A stretch of DNA of 64,000 nucleotides from an uncultured Chloroflexia bacterium (GTDB lineage: Bacteria > Chloroflexota > Anaerolineae > B4-G1 > SLSP01): contig CAVVUS010000021.1 in NCBI GenBank assembly GCA_963751345.1, positions 65,693 to 129,692 of the forward strand. Reading direction: 5' to 3'. The notes under the pieces are model-generated. The model did not search any database, was not told where the DNA came from, and saw only the letters and a program-made list of their open reading frames with translations. The translations under genes were made by a program, and so were the position numbers. Positions 52,523 to 63,898 of the stretch are shown here, piece after piece. How positions within the stretch are numbered: position 1 is the stretch's first letter; each line of letters opens with the position of its first letter.

Positions 52523-54361
52523 TCACACCGCCAGGTCTACCCAGAAGGGGCTAAGCCACGCGCAATGGCCATCGACCTGACGTGCCCTTACGTAGTAGAT
52601 GACGTCACGCAGCGGGCGACCCGGACGGTCATCCATCCAGGTGACATCGAAATCCGGCAATCGTCTCAAAAATCGGGAAATCAGCCAGAATGGAGCCCAT
52701 CGAAACGATCTGGACAGCCGCCAGCGGCGCGGTGCCATGGATCACAATCTGGAAGATCCTTGGTGCACCGGGGGCCAGGCGAAGCTCGCTGCCCAGGGGA
52801 TAGCCGTTTAGCGTGCATCCGCTACGATGCGCGCGCCACTGGTGGCGTAGCAGCGGCGAGCATAGAGCGCGTCAAAGAGCGAGCTGGTATCCAGCCGCGG
52901 GGCCTGGATAGCAGCCAGCCCTCCGTATCCCACCTTGCCCGTAAGTCGCGCAGGCCACCCGGTGTGATTGTCGGTGCCCCCGACGAACCCAAACGATAGC
53001 CTCGTATCAACGCCGTCTGCGCGCTTCCGCCAAAGCCACCCCAACGGCCGCGCCAGTCCGGATCAGGCGCCTCCGCCTCGAACGCCCCTCGATTCTGGAC
53101 GATCTCCACCAGGCGCGTGCCCTGTCGCACCAAGGGCGCGGCGGCGGCCAGTGCAGCGCACACCAGAAGGGGCGTCCGTCGCTTGCACGACCCCGGCGTC
53201 CACCCACGAGTCCATATTCGTATGGTGGGTCACGACCATCGCGCGCCCTCCGGGCAGAGCGCCACAGGATGTCCAGGGGATAGTCATTTAGCATCTCCCG
53301 CCAGGCCGGAAGCAACTCGTAGGGAAAACGTTGAGATCTGAAGGAACGTATCGAAGTCCGCGGCGTAGAGATTGGCGTGGCCGTAGCGGCCACTGAGCTC
53401 CGCCCCCGGAATCGTGCAGAAATCGGCCCGGGTCGTCAAAGTGTCTGCAGATTCGGCCTGTTCCACAGGAAGACGATGGAGTAGGTGCCGTCCGGTGCCA
53501 GATGGTCTGCGGGACCGGCAAAATCCAATCCGAGCTCGTCCCGAGCACTGGTGAGCGCGGCCTGAAGGGTGCGCTCTCCGTCACCGCTGAAGTCCGTATG
53601 CCAATGGAACTCACCGAAGTAGATCGGGGTCTCGTCGTGCGCCACCGGCAGCGCGTTTGACGTCGCAGAGCGCCCGGCCGCATCCAGGACGTGGCCGCGA
53701 GTCCCCTGGTGCGGCTCATCGAAGCGACGACGCCGTGGCAGCGCGGCCGGGGGCCGAACGGCACCGACGAGAGGCGCCTCCCAGGACCACCTGGAGGTCA
53801 CCGTGTCCGTCGGGCGCGTCCGGTGCCGTAGACGTCGAAGTCGCCACAAATATCTGTCCGTCCGGCTTGAGCACGGCCTCGAGGTGATCCACAGGCCCGG
53901 CGGAACTGCAGCTCGATAGCTTCGGACACCGGCACGAACTCGATCGATCCGGCCTGGCCACCTTGCCAAGATAGAGAACCCAGGTCAGGTCGGCAACGGT
54001 GGCACCTTAAATGCTCGATCCGGTCTCCGCTGACCGCCTTGCAGGCAACTGCCACACGGGAACCCTTGGCCAGCTCGGTGGGCACCGACACGACGGCGAT
54101 TGAGAGCGTCCGAAGGTGCCACATCCAGTCACGCTGCATCGCCTCCCACGAGAACCTGTGGAACGACCGGGAGAGCAAGACAGAGCCAACGTCATCGTCG
54201 ACCGTCACAGAGGCTACGGCAATCGCGCGCAGCATCGTCACAGAGCTGGCTCGCAGCCGAAGCAGAGTTCCGGCCGGGACCACCTGCGTCAGCGTCAGTT
54301 CCAGCGTCGACGGGATGCCGTCGGTAACCGGTACCAATACGCTTTTCAGCGATGACGACAT
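52523..54361 (-). CDS. PHP-fold (DUF3604/CehA-McbA-like) metallohydrolase, multiple frameshifts
   Basis: YFGEFHWHTDFSGDG, GHANLY, GFVGGTDNH, ARRCYATSG and YYVRARQVDGHCAWLSPFWV. Confidence 0.7.
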
Positions 54362-54525
54362 ACAGAGCTATCCTGCAGAGAAAGTGATTGTACCGAACCG
54401 ATCATCGGAAAAGGCTCCAGACGTGACGAGTGACGAATTATGTGTGCGCGCGTCGTTGAAGAACGTGAATCTACTATAGGCCGAGGACGAGAAGATGCCA
54501 AATCGTACACACACGCGCGGCCCGT

Positions 54526-57500
54526 CTAGGTCCAGAACTCGAAGGCGGCCTGGCGCACCGCCGGCGGCGGCGACCGCGGGCCTCCAGCAGGATGCGCCGG
54601 CCCTCGGCGGTGCGGGTGTAGATGAGCCGCCCGCCACCGACGTAGCGCTGCCAGTGGCGGGCCAACGCCTCGGCCCGCTCACGGCGCGTTGCCAGGACGT
54701 CGGGCACACGATGGTAGGCGCGGAGATCCTCACCCAGCCCCAAGACGCCGCGGACGAGGCGCCAGAGCGGGCGGTAGATCAGGGTGCGCAGGCTCGTGCT
54801 ATCCCGCTCGATCAAATAGCGCGCGTCGCCAATGGGGCCCATGAGCTCACGATACGCGCGGGCAAAGATATCGGAATCCTCGGGCGATGCGTAGTCCACA
54901 AAGACCTGCAACCCGCTGCCCGGCGTCTCGACAACCCGGACGTACTTCCCATCCAGGCTGCGACTGACGAGACCCGCGTCGCGCAGCGCTGCCAGCAGCG
55001 CCCGTCCGATGTCAAGCAGGACGGCGTCGGCGGGCAGCTCAAGAAATGACTTCTTGAAGACCCGCCAGATGGCCCTGGCATTGACGATCAGGGGCCACGA
55101 CGAGGCCCAGGACGAGGGCCCCACGGCATAGCCCACAAAGCTCGGGTCGCCCACGCCGGGAAGCTCCAACAGGCCATAGACCCAGATGGTGCCGGCAACG
55201 CCGACGAGGCCGGCCAGGAGCCGCCGCGTGATCGCTTTGAGCGAATCGGCCACGGTGTAGACGGTGCGGAACTTGAGGTCCGCCGGTTCGAGCTGGGTGG
55301 CGCTGTAGGCGAAGTTCGAGTAGGGGTCGCCGACGCGCCAGAGGTCGTAGACCCGGTCGCGCTGCGGCACGGCAGCCAGCATCCGCCGCGTGTACTTGGA
55401 GAGCTCCAGCTGCTTGAAGGGCTTGAATGCCAGTTCCTGCGCCAACTCGACGTCGACGTGGGAGACCCCGCGCGTGATCTGTCCCTGCAGCGCCGCGCCG
55501 ACCGTCAGTCCCTCCGCCGCAGCCTGGACGGCGCCGGCCAGATCCCGAAGCCTGGGTTGAGACGATGATGCCCCAGGTATGGCGGTGCCGGGCCGCGAAG
55601 CGCCGCAGATCGATGTCGCCCTTGTCGAACCGCCGGCTGGTACAGACGACGTCCCAGTTGTGGGCGACCTTGCGCGGCCAAGCCGGGTCGAGCCGGAGGC
55701 TGCGCCCGCGGATCTGGCGCACGCCCGTGCGCGTCGTCACGGCGGTCAGGTTGACGAGGGTGTTGAGGGTGAGCGCATCCCATCCCTCGCCGAAGAGCCC
55801 GCGCGTGCCCACGAGACAGCGGGTGACGCCTTGTTCGAAGAGATCGGTCACCAGCGAGACGTAGACCCGGGACCCCACCCGCCGCCGCTCCCGACCAGCT
55901 GCACCACACGGGGGTCGTCGGTCGGCTGCCATTCCCAGGTGAACGCGGTCCGTTGCGCTCCACCCAGCGGCGCAGCTCCGCGTCAAGCGCGTCCACGTGG
56001 TCGGCATCGGCCAGGACGACGCCACCGGTGACCAGCACCGGGCCCAGCTGCCGGGTCTTTTCGTCGTGGACCAGGCGGCGGAAGACCCGGACGGCACTCC
56101 CCGCATCGGGGTCGAGAACGCCTTGAGCCTCCGGGTGCGGGCACTCATACGCTCGTAGTCGGTGATGACGACGGCCCGCAGCCGCGGCCCCATCGCCGCC
56201 GCTTCGGCGCGCAGGATCTCCACGGTGGCGTGTCCTTTGACTCCGACAGGGTGAGCACCAACTCGCCGGGGAACGCTGGTGGCGGACGCCGCGCTCGGTG
56301 ATGGTGATGCCAAATCCCAGCAGCGCCCGGCGCAGGTCGCGATAGAGGCGTGATCGGCACCATCCGCACTGACCTTGAGCACCTGCAGCCCAAAGATCTC
56401 CAGCAGCGTGAGCCAGTCGTCCATGTTGAGCGATGCCTGCATCTCCTCGATCACCACCACGTCATCGGGCAACGCGATGTCGCGCGAGCAGCAGGAACTT
56501 CACACCCGCTACGCAGAGCGCGGGCTCGCGGCTGAAGAAGGCGTCGAAGGGCTCCGGCGCGCCGCCGGAGTCCGGGCGCATCGGCCAAGGCGCTCGGCGC
56601 ATCGCGAGGGCGCGACGTCCTCTCCACCACCATCCGCCACACCCATCGCGTAAACGCCGGCGTCTCGGTGATCCGCGCGACGGCGTCTCGAAGTGCGCCT
56701 GGATGTGCCGGAGATAGCGAGCTCGCGAGCGGACGGCTCGCAGAAGTAGACCAGATCCCGATAGGGGGCGAGGTTGCCTTCTTTGACCACCGCCGGGGTC
56801 GGCACCTCGAAGTCGACGTCGCCCAGCAGCGAGGCGTAGTTCTCGTACTCGTTCTGGTTGGCGGGATCGGGCAGCGTCGCCGTCAGGCCGACGACCCGCA
56901 CGTCGGGGAGCGGCGTAATCAGGGTACGCAGGATAAAGGCCCAGTAGTCGAGCAGGTGATGGCACTCGTCGAGCACGAGCGTCTGCACGCCTCGTGCGAC
57001 GATGCGGTCGATGAGATCGCGGGCGTTGGGGTGCAGGAACTGGCGCCCGTCGACGTCGCCGCTGCGCAGCAACTCGCGCTTCACCCGCCGGTAGCGTTTC
57101 GACACCTCCCGCCGGAACTGCGCGGGGTTGGTCTCCTGGAGCGTGGCAATGCGCGCGCGGGCCTCGTCCTCGGTCCTCGCCCGGTCGCTGGCCAGCAGGT
57201 CGTCGACCCAACGCTCGACGGCGACCCGCTCCACGAACGCCAGGTGCTCGCCGGGCGTCGACAGGACCTGGTAGGTGAGGACGTTGATGTCGGCCAGATG
57301 CTTCGCATCCAGGCTGCTGTGGCGGGCGATCCAACCGGGATCGTCGGTAAAGAGCGCCAGCTTTTCCTGCCACTGCGTCTGGATCGTGGTCGTCGGCGCG
57401 AAGATGACCGCAGGGCATGCAAAGCGCCGGACCAATTCCAACCCCACGATCGTCTTGCCCGATCCAGGCGGCGCCACGATGTGGAACTTGTCCTCGGTGG

Positions 57501-57582
57501 CGGCCTTCTGCGCCACCACCTCGAGGATCATCTCCTGGTAGCGCCAGAAGGAGTAACGAAAGTGCAGATCGGAGAAGAGCAT
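54526..57582 (-). CDS. SF2 DEAD/DEAH-box (ResIII-like) helicase with a C-terminal hydrophobic segment, multiple frameshifts
   Basis: APPGSGKT, LDECHH, GLTAT, GTRGLFGEGWD and QIRGRSLR. Confidence 0.8.
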
Positions 57583-57586
57583 AGGA

Positions 57587-58768
57587 TTAGCCGTCAGTCA
57601 TAGCTATGATCGCGATCTGTTTTCTGTACGTCCGCCATCGCTTGTAGACTTCGCCGCCCATGTGGTCGGCGATCAGCGGTGTCTGGGGATTGTCCTCGGA
57701 CGTGATGGACAGATCCAGCCAGGTGTAGCCCTTGGCGCGGGCACGCTTGACCATCTCGGCCCCCAGCACGGCGATCACGCCTGTGTTCCAGTACTCGGGT
57801 GCAATCAGCACACTCTTGATGGCGAGACAGGCGGGTTGGTAACCGAACCGTGGGCGCAGACCCAGATGCCAGGCAAGCCGCGCGTAATCCCACGGATACC
57901 GCAGCCCATTGACGTGGATCAGGGCCTCGTTGAGATTGGGGATGCCCGGCAGAAACCCGACGGTCTCGCCATCCACCTCGGCAAAGAGGACCAGGTCCAT
58001 ATCGGCGATCTGCCGGAAGGGCGCCACGAGCGCCTCGACGGCGGTCCGGTGCCAGCCGATGAAGTCATCCAGGTGGACTAGCGCCGTGTTCAGCAGGTAG
58101 TGCAATCGGTCGACCTCGTCGTCCCAATGGTCGAGGTCGGGCGTGCGGACGACAATCTCGCGCCGCCGCAACACCGTTTCTGCGAGGCGGGCCAACCGCC
58201 GGAGAGCCGGCGTCTGCTCGGAGATATCGATGGCCAGCGCCATGTTGTCGGCGCGGGCTTGCGAGAAGCCGAGTCGCTCCATCGTGGCCAGATAGTAGGG
58301 TGGAGTGTGGCCACACATCACCGTGGGCGGACGATCTCTCCCCTCAATCAGTACACCGTAGGCGTCCTCGTAGTTGAGGTTGAACGGCCCGAAGAGGGTG
58401 TCGAGACCGCGATCCCTGCCCCACACGCTTACCCGGTCGACGAGTGCTTTGGCCACGTTGATGTCATCCACGTAGTCAAAGAAGCCAAAGACACACTCGT
58501 GCAGATCGCGCAGCTCGTTGGTGTAACGGTCCTCCGCGGCACAGATGGTACCCACGGGCCGGCCACCTCGCCAGGCCACAAAGAGCTCGGCCTCGCCACG
58601 CTTGAAGAAGGCGCCCTGCGCGGGGTCGATCTCCTTGGCCCGCTCGGGAAGCAGCGGCGGCACCCACAGCGGATCATCCCGATAAATGCGCCAGGGAAAC
58701 GTCAGGAACGTACGGCGCTCCCGAACGGTGCGGACGGGTCGGACGTCGACGGTTGTAGACTCGACCAT
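57587..58768 (-). CDS. YghO-like GNAT N-acetyltransferase
   Basis: FPWRIYRDDPLWVPPL, FGFFD, GHTPPYY and VYKRWRTY family motifs. Confidence 0.82.
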   Translation of the reverse strand: MVESTTVDVRPVRTVRERRTFLTFPWRIYRDDPLWVPPLLPERAKEIDPAQGAFFKRGEAELFVAWRGGRPVGTICAAEDRYTNELRDLHECVFGFFDYVDDINVAKALVDRVSVWGRDRGLDTLFGPFNLNYEDAYGVLIEGRDRPPTVMCGHTPPYYLATMERLGFSQARADNMALAIDISEQTPALRRLARLAETVLRRREIVVRTPDLDHWDDEVDRLHYLLNTALVHLDDFIGWHRTAVEALVAPFRQIADMDLVLFAEVDGETVGFLPGIPNLNEALIHVNGLRYPWDYARLAWHLGLRPRFGYQPACLAIKSVLIAPEYWNTGVIAVLGAEMVKRARAKGYTWLDLSITSEDNPQTPLIADHMGGEVYKRWRTYRKQIAIIAMTDG

Positions 58769-60130
58769 CTAGCGTCCCTCCGCCTCGCGCAGTTGCAGCT
58801 CCTGCGTGATCCGCCGGTACTCCGCACGATCGAGCGGGTAGCGCAAGGCAATCACGATCCCCAAACAGAGCAGGACTGCAGGAATCGGGCCCATCACGAT
58901 CCGCAATCCGGTCAAGGCAGCGGGAGACTGCTGCGCTGCATTGGGAACGTACCCCGTGAACTGCAGGACCAGCAGCACCAGCGGGATGGCAATCGACGAC
59001 GCCACCTTGTGGGTCAGCGTCGTCAGGCTGTAGAAGATGCCCTCGTGCCGTTCCCCGGTCCGCCACTCGTCCCACTCCACAGCGTCGGGGATCATCGCCC
59101 AGGGAATGACGTGCACCGCCGAGACGCCGATGCCCGCGAGCAGGCAGAGGAACAGGATCACCGGCAGACCGGTGCCGGGGCTCACCAGCACCAGCACGAT
59201 CTGGACCACCGCCCAAAATGCGACGCCGGCTACATAGGCCCAGCGCTTGCTCCAGCGAGCCGAGATCCACTGCCACAGCGGCAGCGCGAAGATGGCCATG
59301 ACGAAGATCGTCGCCATGATCAGGTCGCTCTCCCCCTCGCGGTGCAGCCAGTACCTGACGTAATACAGGAGCGTGGTCTCGACCACGGTGATCGCCATCC
59401 ACGCCGCCAGAAAGAGCCCCAGCCCATAGAGAAACGGAGGGGTTTTCCGGGCCGCCTGCAGCGACTCGCGCAGACTGGGCTGCGCCATCTCAGTATGCGC
59501 CGGATTTTCGTGTGTGCCGAAGAAAACCAACAGAAGTGGGAGTGCGGAGACGACGCCGAAAAGGATGCCCATCGTCAGGACCTTGCCGGCGTGTCCGGGC
59601 TCGAAGGTTCCCACGATCAATAGGGGCACCGTGAAAGCGATCAGACTGCCGAGGATGGAGAAGAACATCCGGTACGTCGTCAGCGACGTCCGCTCGTCGT
59701 AATCGGAGGTCAGCTCGGGCGTCAGGGCGAAGTAGGGCATGTAAACGAACGTGGCGGCTCCGTCGTAGACCACATAGGCGAAGGCGTAATAGGCGACGAG
59801 GAGCGCGGGGTTGTCCCACGGTGGGCGCCACCAGAGCAGCATGAACGCCAGGGCAAAAGGAAGCGGCCCGAAGAGCAGGAAGGGACGCCGCCTCCCCCAG
59901 CGTGATCGCGTCCGGTCGGAGATATGGCCGATGATGGGATCGTTGATCCAGTCCCAGCTCTTGCCGATGAGGATCGCAATCGCCGCCATACCCGGCGAGA
60001 TCCCCACGACATCGGTCAGAAAGATGGCCAGGTAAGCACCGACGATGGTGGACGTCAGACTGAACCCGATGTCTCCGGAACCGTACAGGAGCTTGGTGCG
60101 ACGGGATAGCTGCACTGGTATGGCTGTCAT
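58769..60130 (-). CDS. GPH (MelB-type) MFS sugar:cation symporter
   Basis: DWINDPIIGHISDRTRSRWGRRRPF, ELTSDYDERTSL and GERHEGIFYS. Confidence 0.9.
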   Translation of the reverse strand: MTAIPVQLSRRTKLLYGSGDIGFSLTSTIVGAYLAIFLTDVVGISPGMAAIAILIGKSWDWINDPIIGHISDRTRSRWGRRRPFLLFGPLPFALAFMLLWWRPPWDNPALLVAYYAFAYVVYDGAATFVYMPYFALTPELTSDYDERTSLTTYRMFFSILGSLIAFTVPLLIVGTFEPGHAGKVLTMGILFGVVSALPLLLVFFGTHENPAHTEMAQPSLRESLQAARKTPPFLYGLGLFLAAWMAITVVETTLLYYVRYWLHREGESDLIMATIFVMAIFALPLWQWISARWSKRWAYVAGVAFWAVVQIVLVLVSPGTGLPVILFLCLLAGIGVSAVHVIPWAMIPDAVEWDEWRTGERHEGIFYSLTTLTHKVASSIAIPLVLLVLQFTGYVPNAAQQSPAALTGLRIVMGPIPAVLLCLGIVIALRYPLDRAEYRRITQELQLREAEGR

Positions 60131-60456
60131 GGGTCCTCCCGGCTGTGGTGATGGGGAGAGTATAGGGAGGCTGAAAGGATTAGTCAATCAATGCAAAAGC
60201 GACAGAGCGGTTGAGCGGAGATCAAGCGATACAGGAAACATCGCGTCACCCATACATAGACCGGGCGACGTTCGGGGTAACTACATCTTCAGGGATGAGC
60301 GCCGCGTAGGACGAATATCATATGGGCTGCCGGAAGCAACACCTCCGAGTTCTCGGCGCCGCTCAGCCATTATCTCATCCTACGCCGTTGTATCTGCTCC
60401 TTGTGCTATCAGGTAAGTTGGCAGACTGTAGACGACTTTCGCCGGTCCGCTTTTCC

Positions 60457-62488
60457 TCACCGCAGCCAGGTCTCGACCAGCTCGCCGTACTGGCCGGACG
60501 CGCGGATGGCCTCAAGCGCGCCGTTGACACGCTCCAACTGATCGACGCCGCCCTGGGGCAGGACGATGCCGTAGAGGTCCTCCGTCAGCGGGTCACCGAC
60601 GATCTTGACCCGAGGCCCGGCAGCCTCCGGCGCCCGGACCCGCCGGGCCGCGGTCACGAGATCGCAGACGACGGCATCGACGGCGTGCTCGTTCAGCGCG
60701 ATGAAGGCAGCTTCCGGGCCGTCGAAGGGCCGGATTGCGACCTCGCCGATGCGCTCCAGCGCCACCATCCCCGGCGTGCCATCCTGAACACCCACGGGGC
60801 GGCCCCGCAGGTCAGGCGCACCTCCGATGTCGCTGTCCATCGGGACGACAATGACGTAGCCACCATTGAGATAGGGCTCGGAGAAGAGGAATCGCTGCCG
60901 GCGTTCGTCGGTGATCGTCACCGACGAGATGACCGCGTCGAAATCGCCCCGCTCAAGCCCCGGAAACAACTCACCTCGTGGCACGGTGACGAACTCGACC
61001 TCGAAGCCGGCGCGCTCCCCGACGAGGTGCATCAGGTCGATGTCGAAGCCTACCAGACTGCCCTGGGATTCACGAAGGCCATCGGCGGCAGATCCGGTGC
61101 GGTTCCGACTGCCCACACATCGGCGGGGCCGCCCGCTTCTCCGGCGGGGACGCTGGGACGAGGCGTTTGCCTCACAGGATCCCGGCAGTGGGGCGCGCGG
61201 GCAAATAGGGAAAGACTGTCGAGGGAACCCAGGTACCAGAGGCCACCGGCCCCCACGACAGCCAAGACGATCACGGCACCAAGAGCCCACAGCCATCTCC
61301 TCTTCCGTTGGGTTGCACCCCGTCCGGTGGATCTCGGCACCTCGGCGCCGGCGCGGGGCGTCGCAGCAGAGGCAAGGGACGCCCGCGCAAGGTGGGGAGG
61401 AAGGGCCAGTGCCGCTCGCGGGGCGCCCAGCGGCGAGCGGCTCGGGCACGGGCAGTCGACGGCAGCCGTCGGGACAGACACCTCAGCCGCCGCGCCCTGG
61501 GGGCACGGCGTTCGGCTTCGGCGCGGATGGTGGCGGGCAGGGGCTCGACCGCATGTCCCGAGACCTGTGGTTGGGCTTGTGGCGAGGGCTCCGGGGATGC
61601 TTCGGGCAGCACGTCGGTCGGCTCGGGCATACGGACAGGCGCAGGTTCCGGCCCGGACTGCGCAGGCGAGTTGAGAGCTTCGAGCATCGTTCGAGCGTTC
61701 GGGAAGCGGGCGTCGCGTGCCAGCTCCATCGCCTTCAAGATGACGGCCTCGGTATTGGCGCTCACTTCGGGATTGAGGCGACGCACGGGGACGAAATTGG
61801 CCGGATCGGCCATGCGGTCGGTCGCCGTCGGCGGCGCCTGCCCTGTGAGCGCATGGTACATTGTGGAGCCAAGGCTGTAGAGGTCGCTGCGTGGATCGGT
61901 ATGGCCGGAGCGCAGGCTGTACTGCTCGGGGGGCGCGTACTCCAACGTTCCCATCCCGCGCACGACCGTCTGCGTCACCGGATTGGCCGGATCCCACAGC
62001 TTGACAAGCCCGAAGTCAACCAGGATAGCGTGGCCGTCAGAGGTGATGATGACGTTGTGGGGCTTGACGTCGCGGTGGAGGACGCCCTGGCCATGGCAGT
62101 AGTCCAGCGCGTCGAGCAGCTCGGCCATCCACGCGACGACCTGTGCCTCGGGAAGCGCGCCGTCCCGCTTAATGCGGTCGGCAAGGCTCTCGCCCTCCAC
62201 GAAGTCCATGACCAGATAGGCGTTCGGGTCCTCGATGAAGAAGTCGCTGACCCGCACGAGATTAGCATGGCGCAGCCGGGCGAGGGTTTTTGCCTCCTGC
62301 TCGAACTGCCCCCGAAGATCGTGCAGCATACCCTCGTCGAGGCCGGGCTGGACGGTCATCTCCTTGACAGCCACGGAGACGTCCAGCCGCGTGTCGTAGC
62401 CGCGGAAGACAGCACCCATGCCGCCTTTGCCAAGGAGTGATCCGACGCGGTACCGTTCCTGAAGTAGATCCCCCGAGGCCAGTGTCAT
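60457..62488 (-). CDS. Hanks-type Ser/Thr kinase + TM helix + amino-acid solute-binding (family 3) domain, frameshifts
   Basis: GKGGMG, AVKE, HRDVKPHN, DFG and APPEQ; TM WLWALGAVIVLAVVGAGGLWY; GFDIDL...ISSVTITDERR...FSEPY. Confidence 0.8.
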
Positions 62489-62594
62489 TGCGCCCTCCTA
62501 CGGCGAGTATAAGGTGGTTCGTGGGAGGCACAAGCGCGCGGCTAACCTTGCGAAGGTTTCGTGCGCGTGCGAGGACACCTCTTTGTGGTCAAAG

Positions 62595-62603
62595 TGGTAT
62601 AAT
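62595..62603 (+). promoter_or_regulatory. Extended -10 promoter for the patB-like gene
   Basis: TG-G-TATAAT about 55 bp upstream of the start; AGGAGG RBS follows. Confidence 0.55.
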
Positions 62604-62657
62604 CGCTGACGGCCTCCCCGAGACCAAGACATACCCACCGACCACCAGGAGGATCCT

Positions 62658-63864
62658 GTGGATAACAACCAAACTTTAGCTACAAGCGACGCGACAGAAC
62701 TCGACAACGCGGCGTTCGATTTCGATACGGTCGTCCACCGTAGGTGCACCAGTAGCATGAAAATGGGGCATCTACGGGGAGGACGTCCTGCCGATGTGGG
62801 TCGCCGACATGGATTTCGTCTCGCCGCCGGCCGTCATACGCGCACTATGTGAGCGCGCCGAGCACGGCGTCTTCGGCTACGAAATGAGCCCGGGCCACTT
62901 GGCCGAGTTGATCACCGATCGCCTTGCCAAGCTCTACGACTGGTACGTGGAGCCCGACGCGATCGTCTTTCTCCCCGGTATCGTGTCAGGGTTCAACGTA
63001 GCCTCTCGCGCCTTTGTCAATAGGGACGAGGCCGTGCTCATCCAGACCCCCGTCTACATGCACATTTTCACGCGGCGGCGGACGCCGGCGTGCTGGGTCA
63101 GGCGATGGAGCTGACGCGTCAGTCAGACGGTCGCTATAGTCTCGACGCCGATCGGTTCGAACGAGCGTTCACGGAGAAGACGCGCCTCTTCCTGCTCTGT
63201 AACCCGCACAACCCCGTAGGACGCGTCTTCTCCAGGCCCGAGCTCGAGACCATGGCCGAGCACTGCCTCCGGCACGACACCATCATCTGTTCGGACGAGA
63301 TCCACGCCGACATCATCTTCAGCGGCCATCAGCACACGCCCATCGCCAGCCTCGCTCCCGAGATCGAGGCGCGGACGATCACGTTGATGGCCCCAAGCAA
63401 GACCTTCAACGTCGCGGGGCTCCACTGTGGCTTTGCCGTCATCCCCAATCGCGACCTCCGCAAGCAGTACGAGCGGGGACGAGGGGGGTTGGTGGGATCA
63501 CCCAACCTGATGGGGTACGTCGCCGCCGAGGCCGCCTATGACAAAGGGCAGCCGTGGCTGACAGCGCTTCTCCGCTACCTCGAAAGCAACCGCGATTTTG
63601 CGAGAGACTACCTGGCAAAGCACATGCCGCAGTTGAAGATGGCCTCGCCCGAGGGCACGTACCTTGCCTGGATCGACTGCCGTGAGGCGAACCTCGGCCA
63701 GTCGCCGGAATCCTTCTTCCTGGAAAAGGGCTGCGTCGCGCTCAACGGCGGTGCCGCATTTGGCCCGGGTGGAGAGGGATTCGTGCGCCTGAAACTTCGG
63801 GTGCCCGCGGAGCCTCCTGCAGGAAGGTCTATCACGAATGAAGACAGCCTTGACCCTAGGCTAA
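62658..63864 (+). CDS. MalY/PatB family PLP cystathionine beta-lyase (frameshifts)
   Basis: MWVADMDF, HGVFGY, LCNPHNPVGR, SDEIHAD, APSKTFNVAG and EGTYLAWID. Confidence 0.88.
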
Positions 63865-63898
63865 TTGACGACAGCACCGGTAGGTGTATGGTAAGTCA

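Noticed and set aside
60190-60450. Possible riboswitch or sRNA upstream of the GPH transporter
   Set aside because: No recognisable aptamer consensus or convincing terminator by eye; an Rfam scan would be needed.
20359-63864. Calling frameshifted genes pseudogenes or programmed frameshifts
   Set aside because: The indels are scattered across unrelated genes with no shared slippery motif; sequencing error is more parsimonious.
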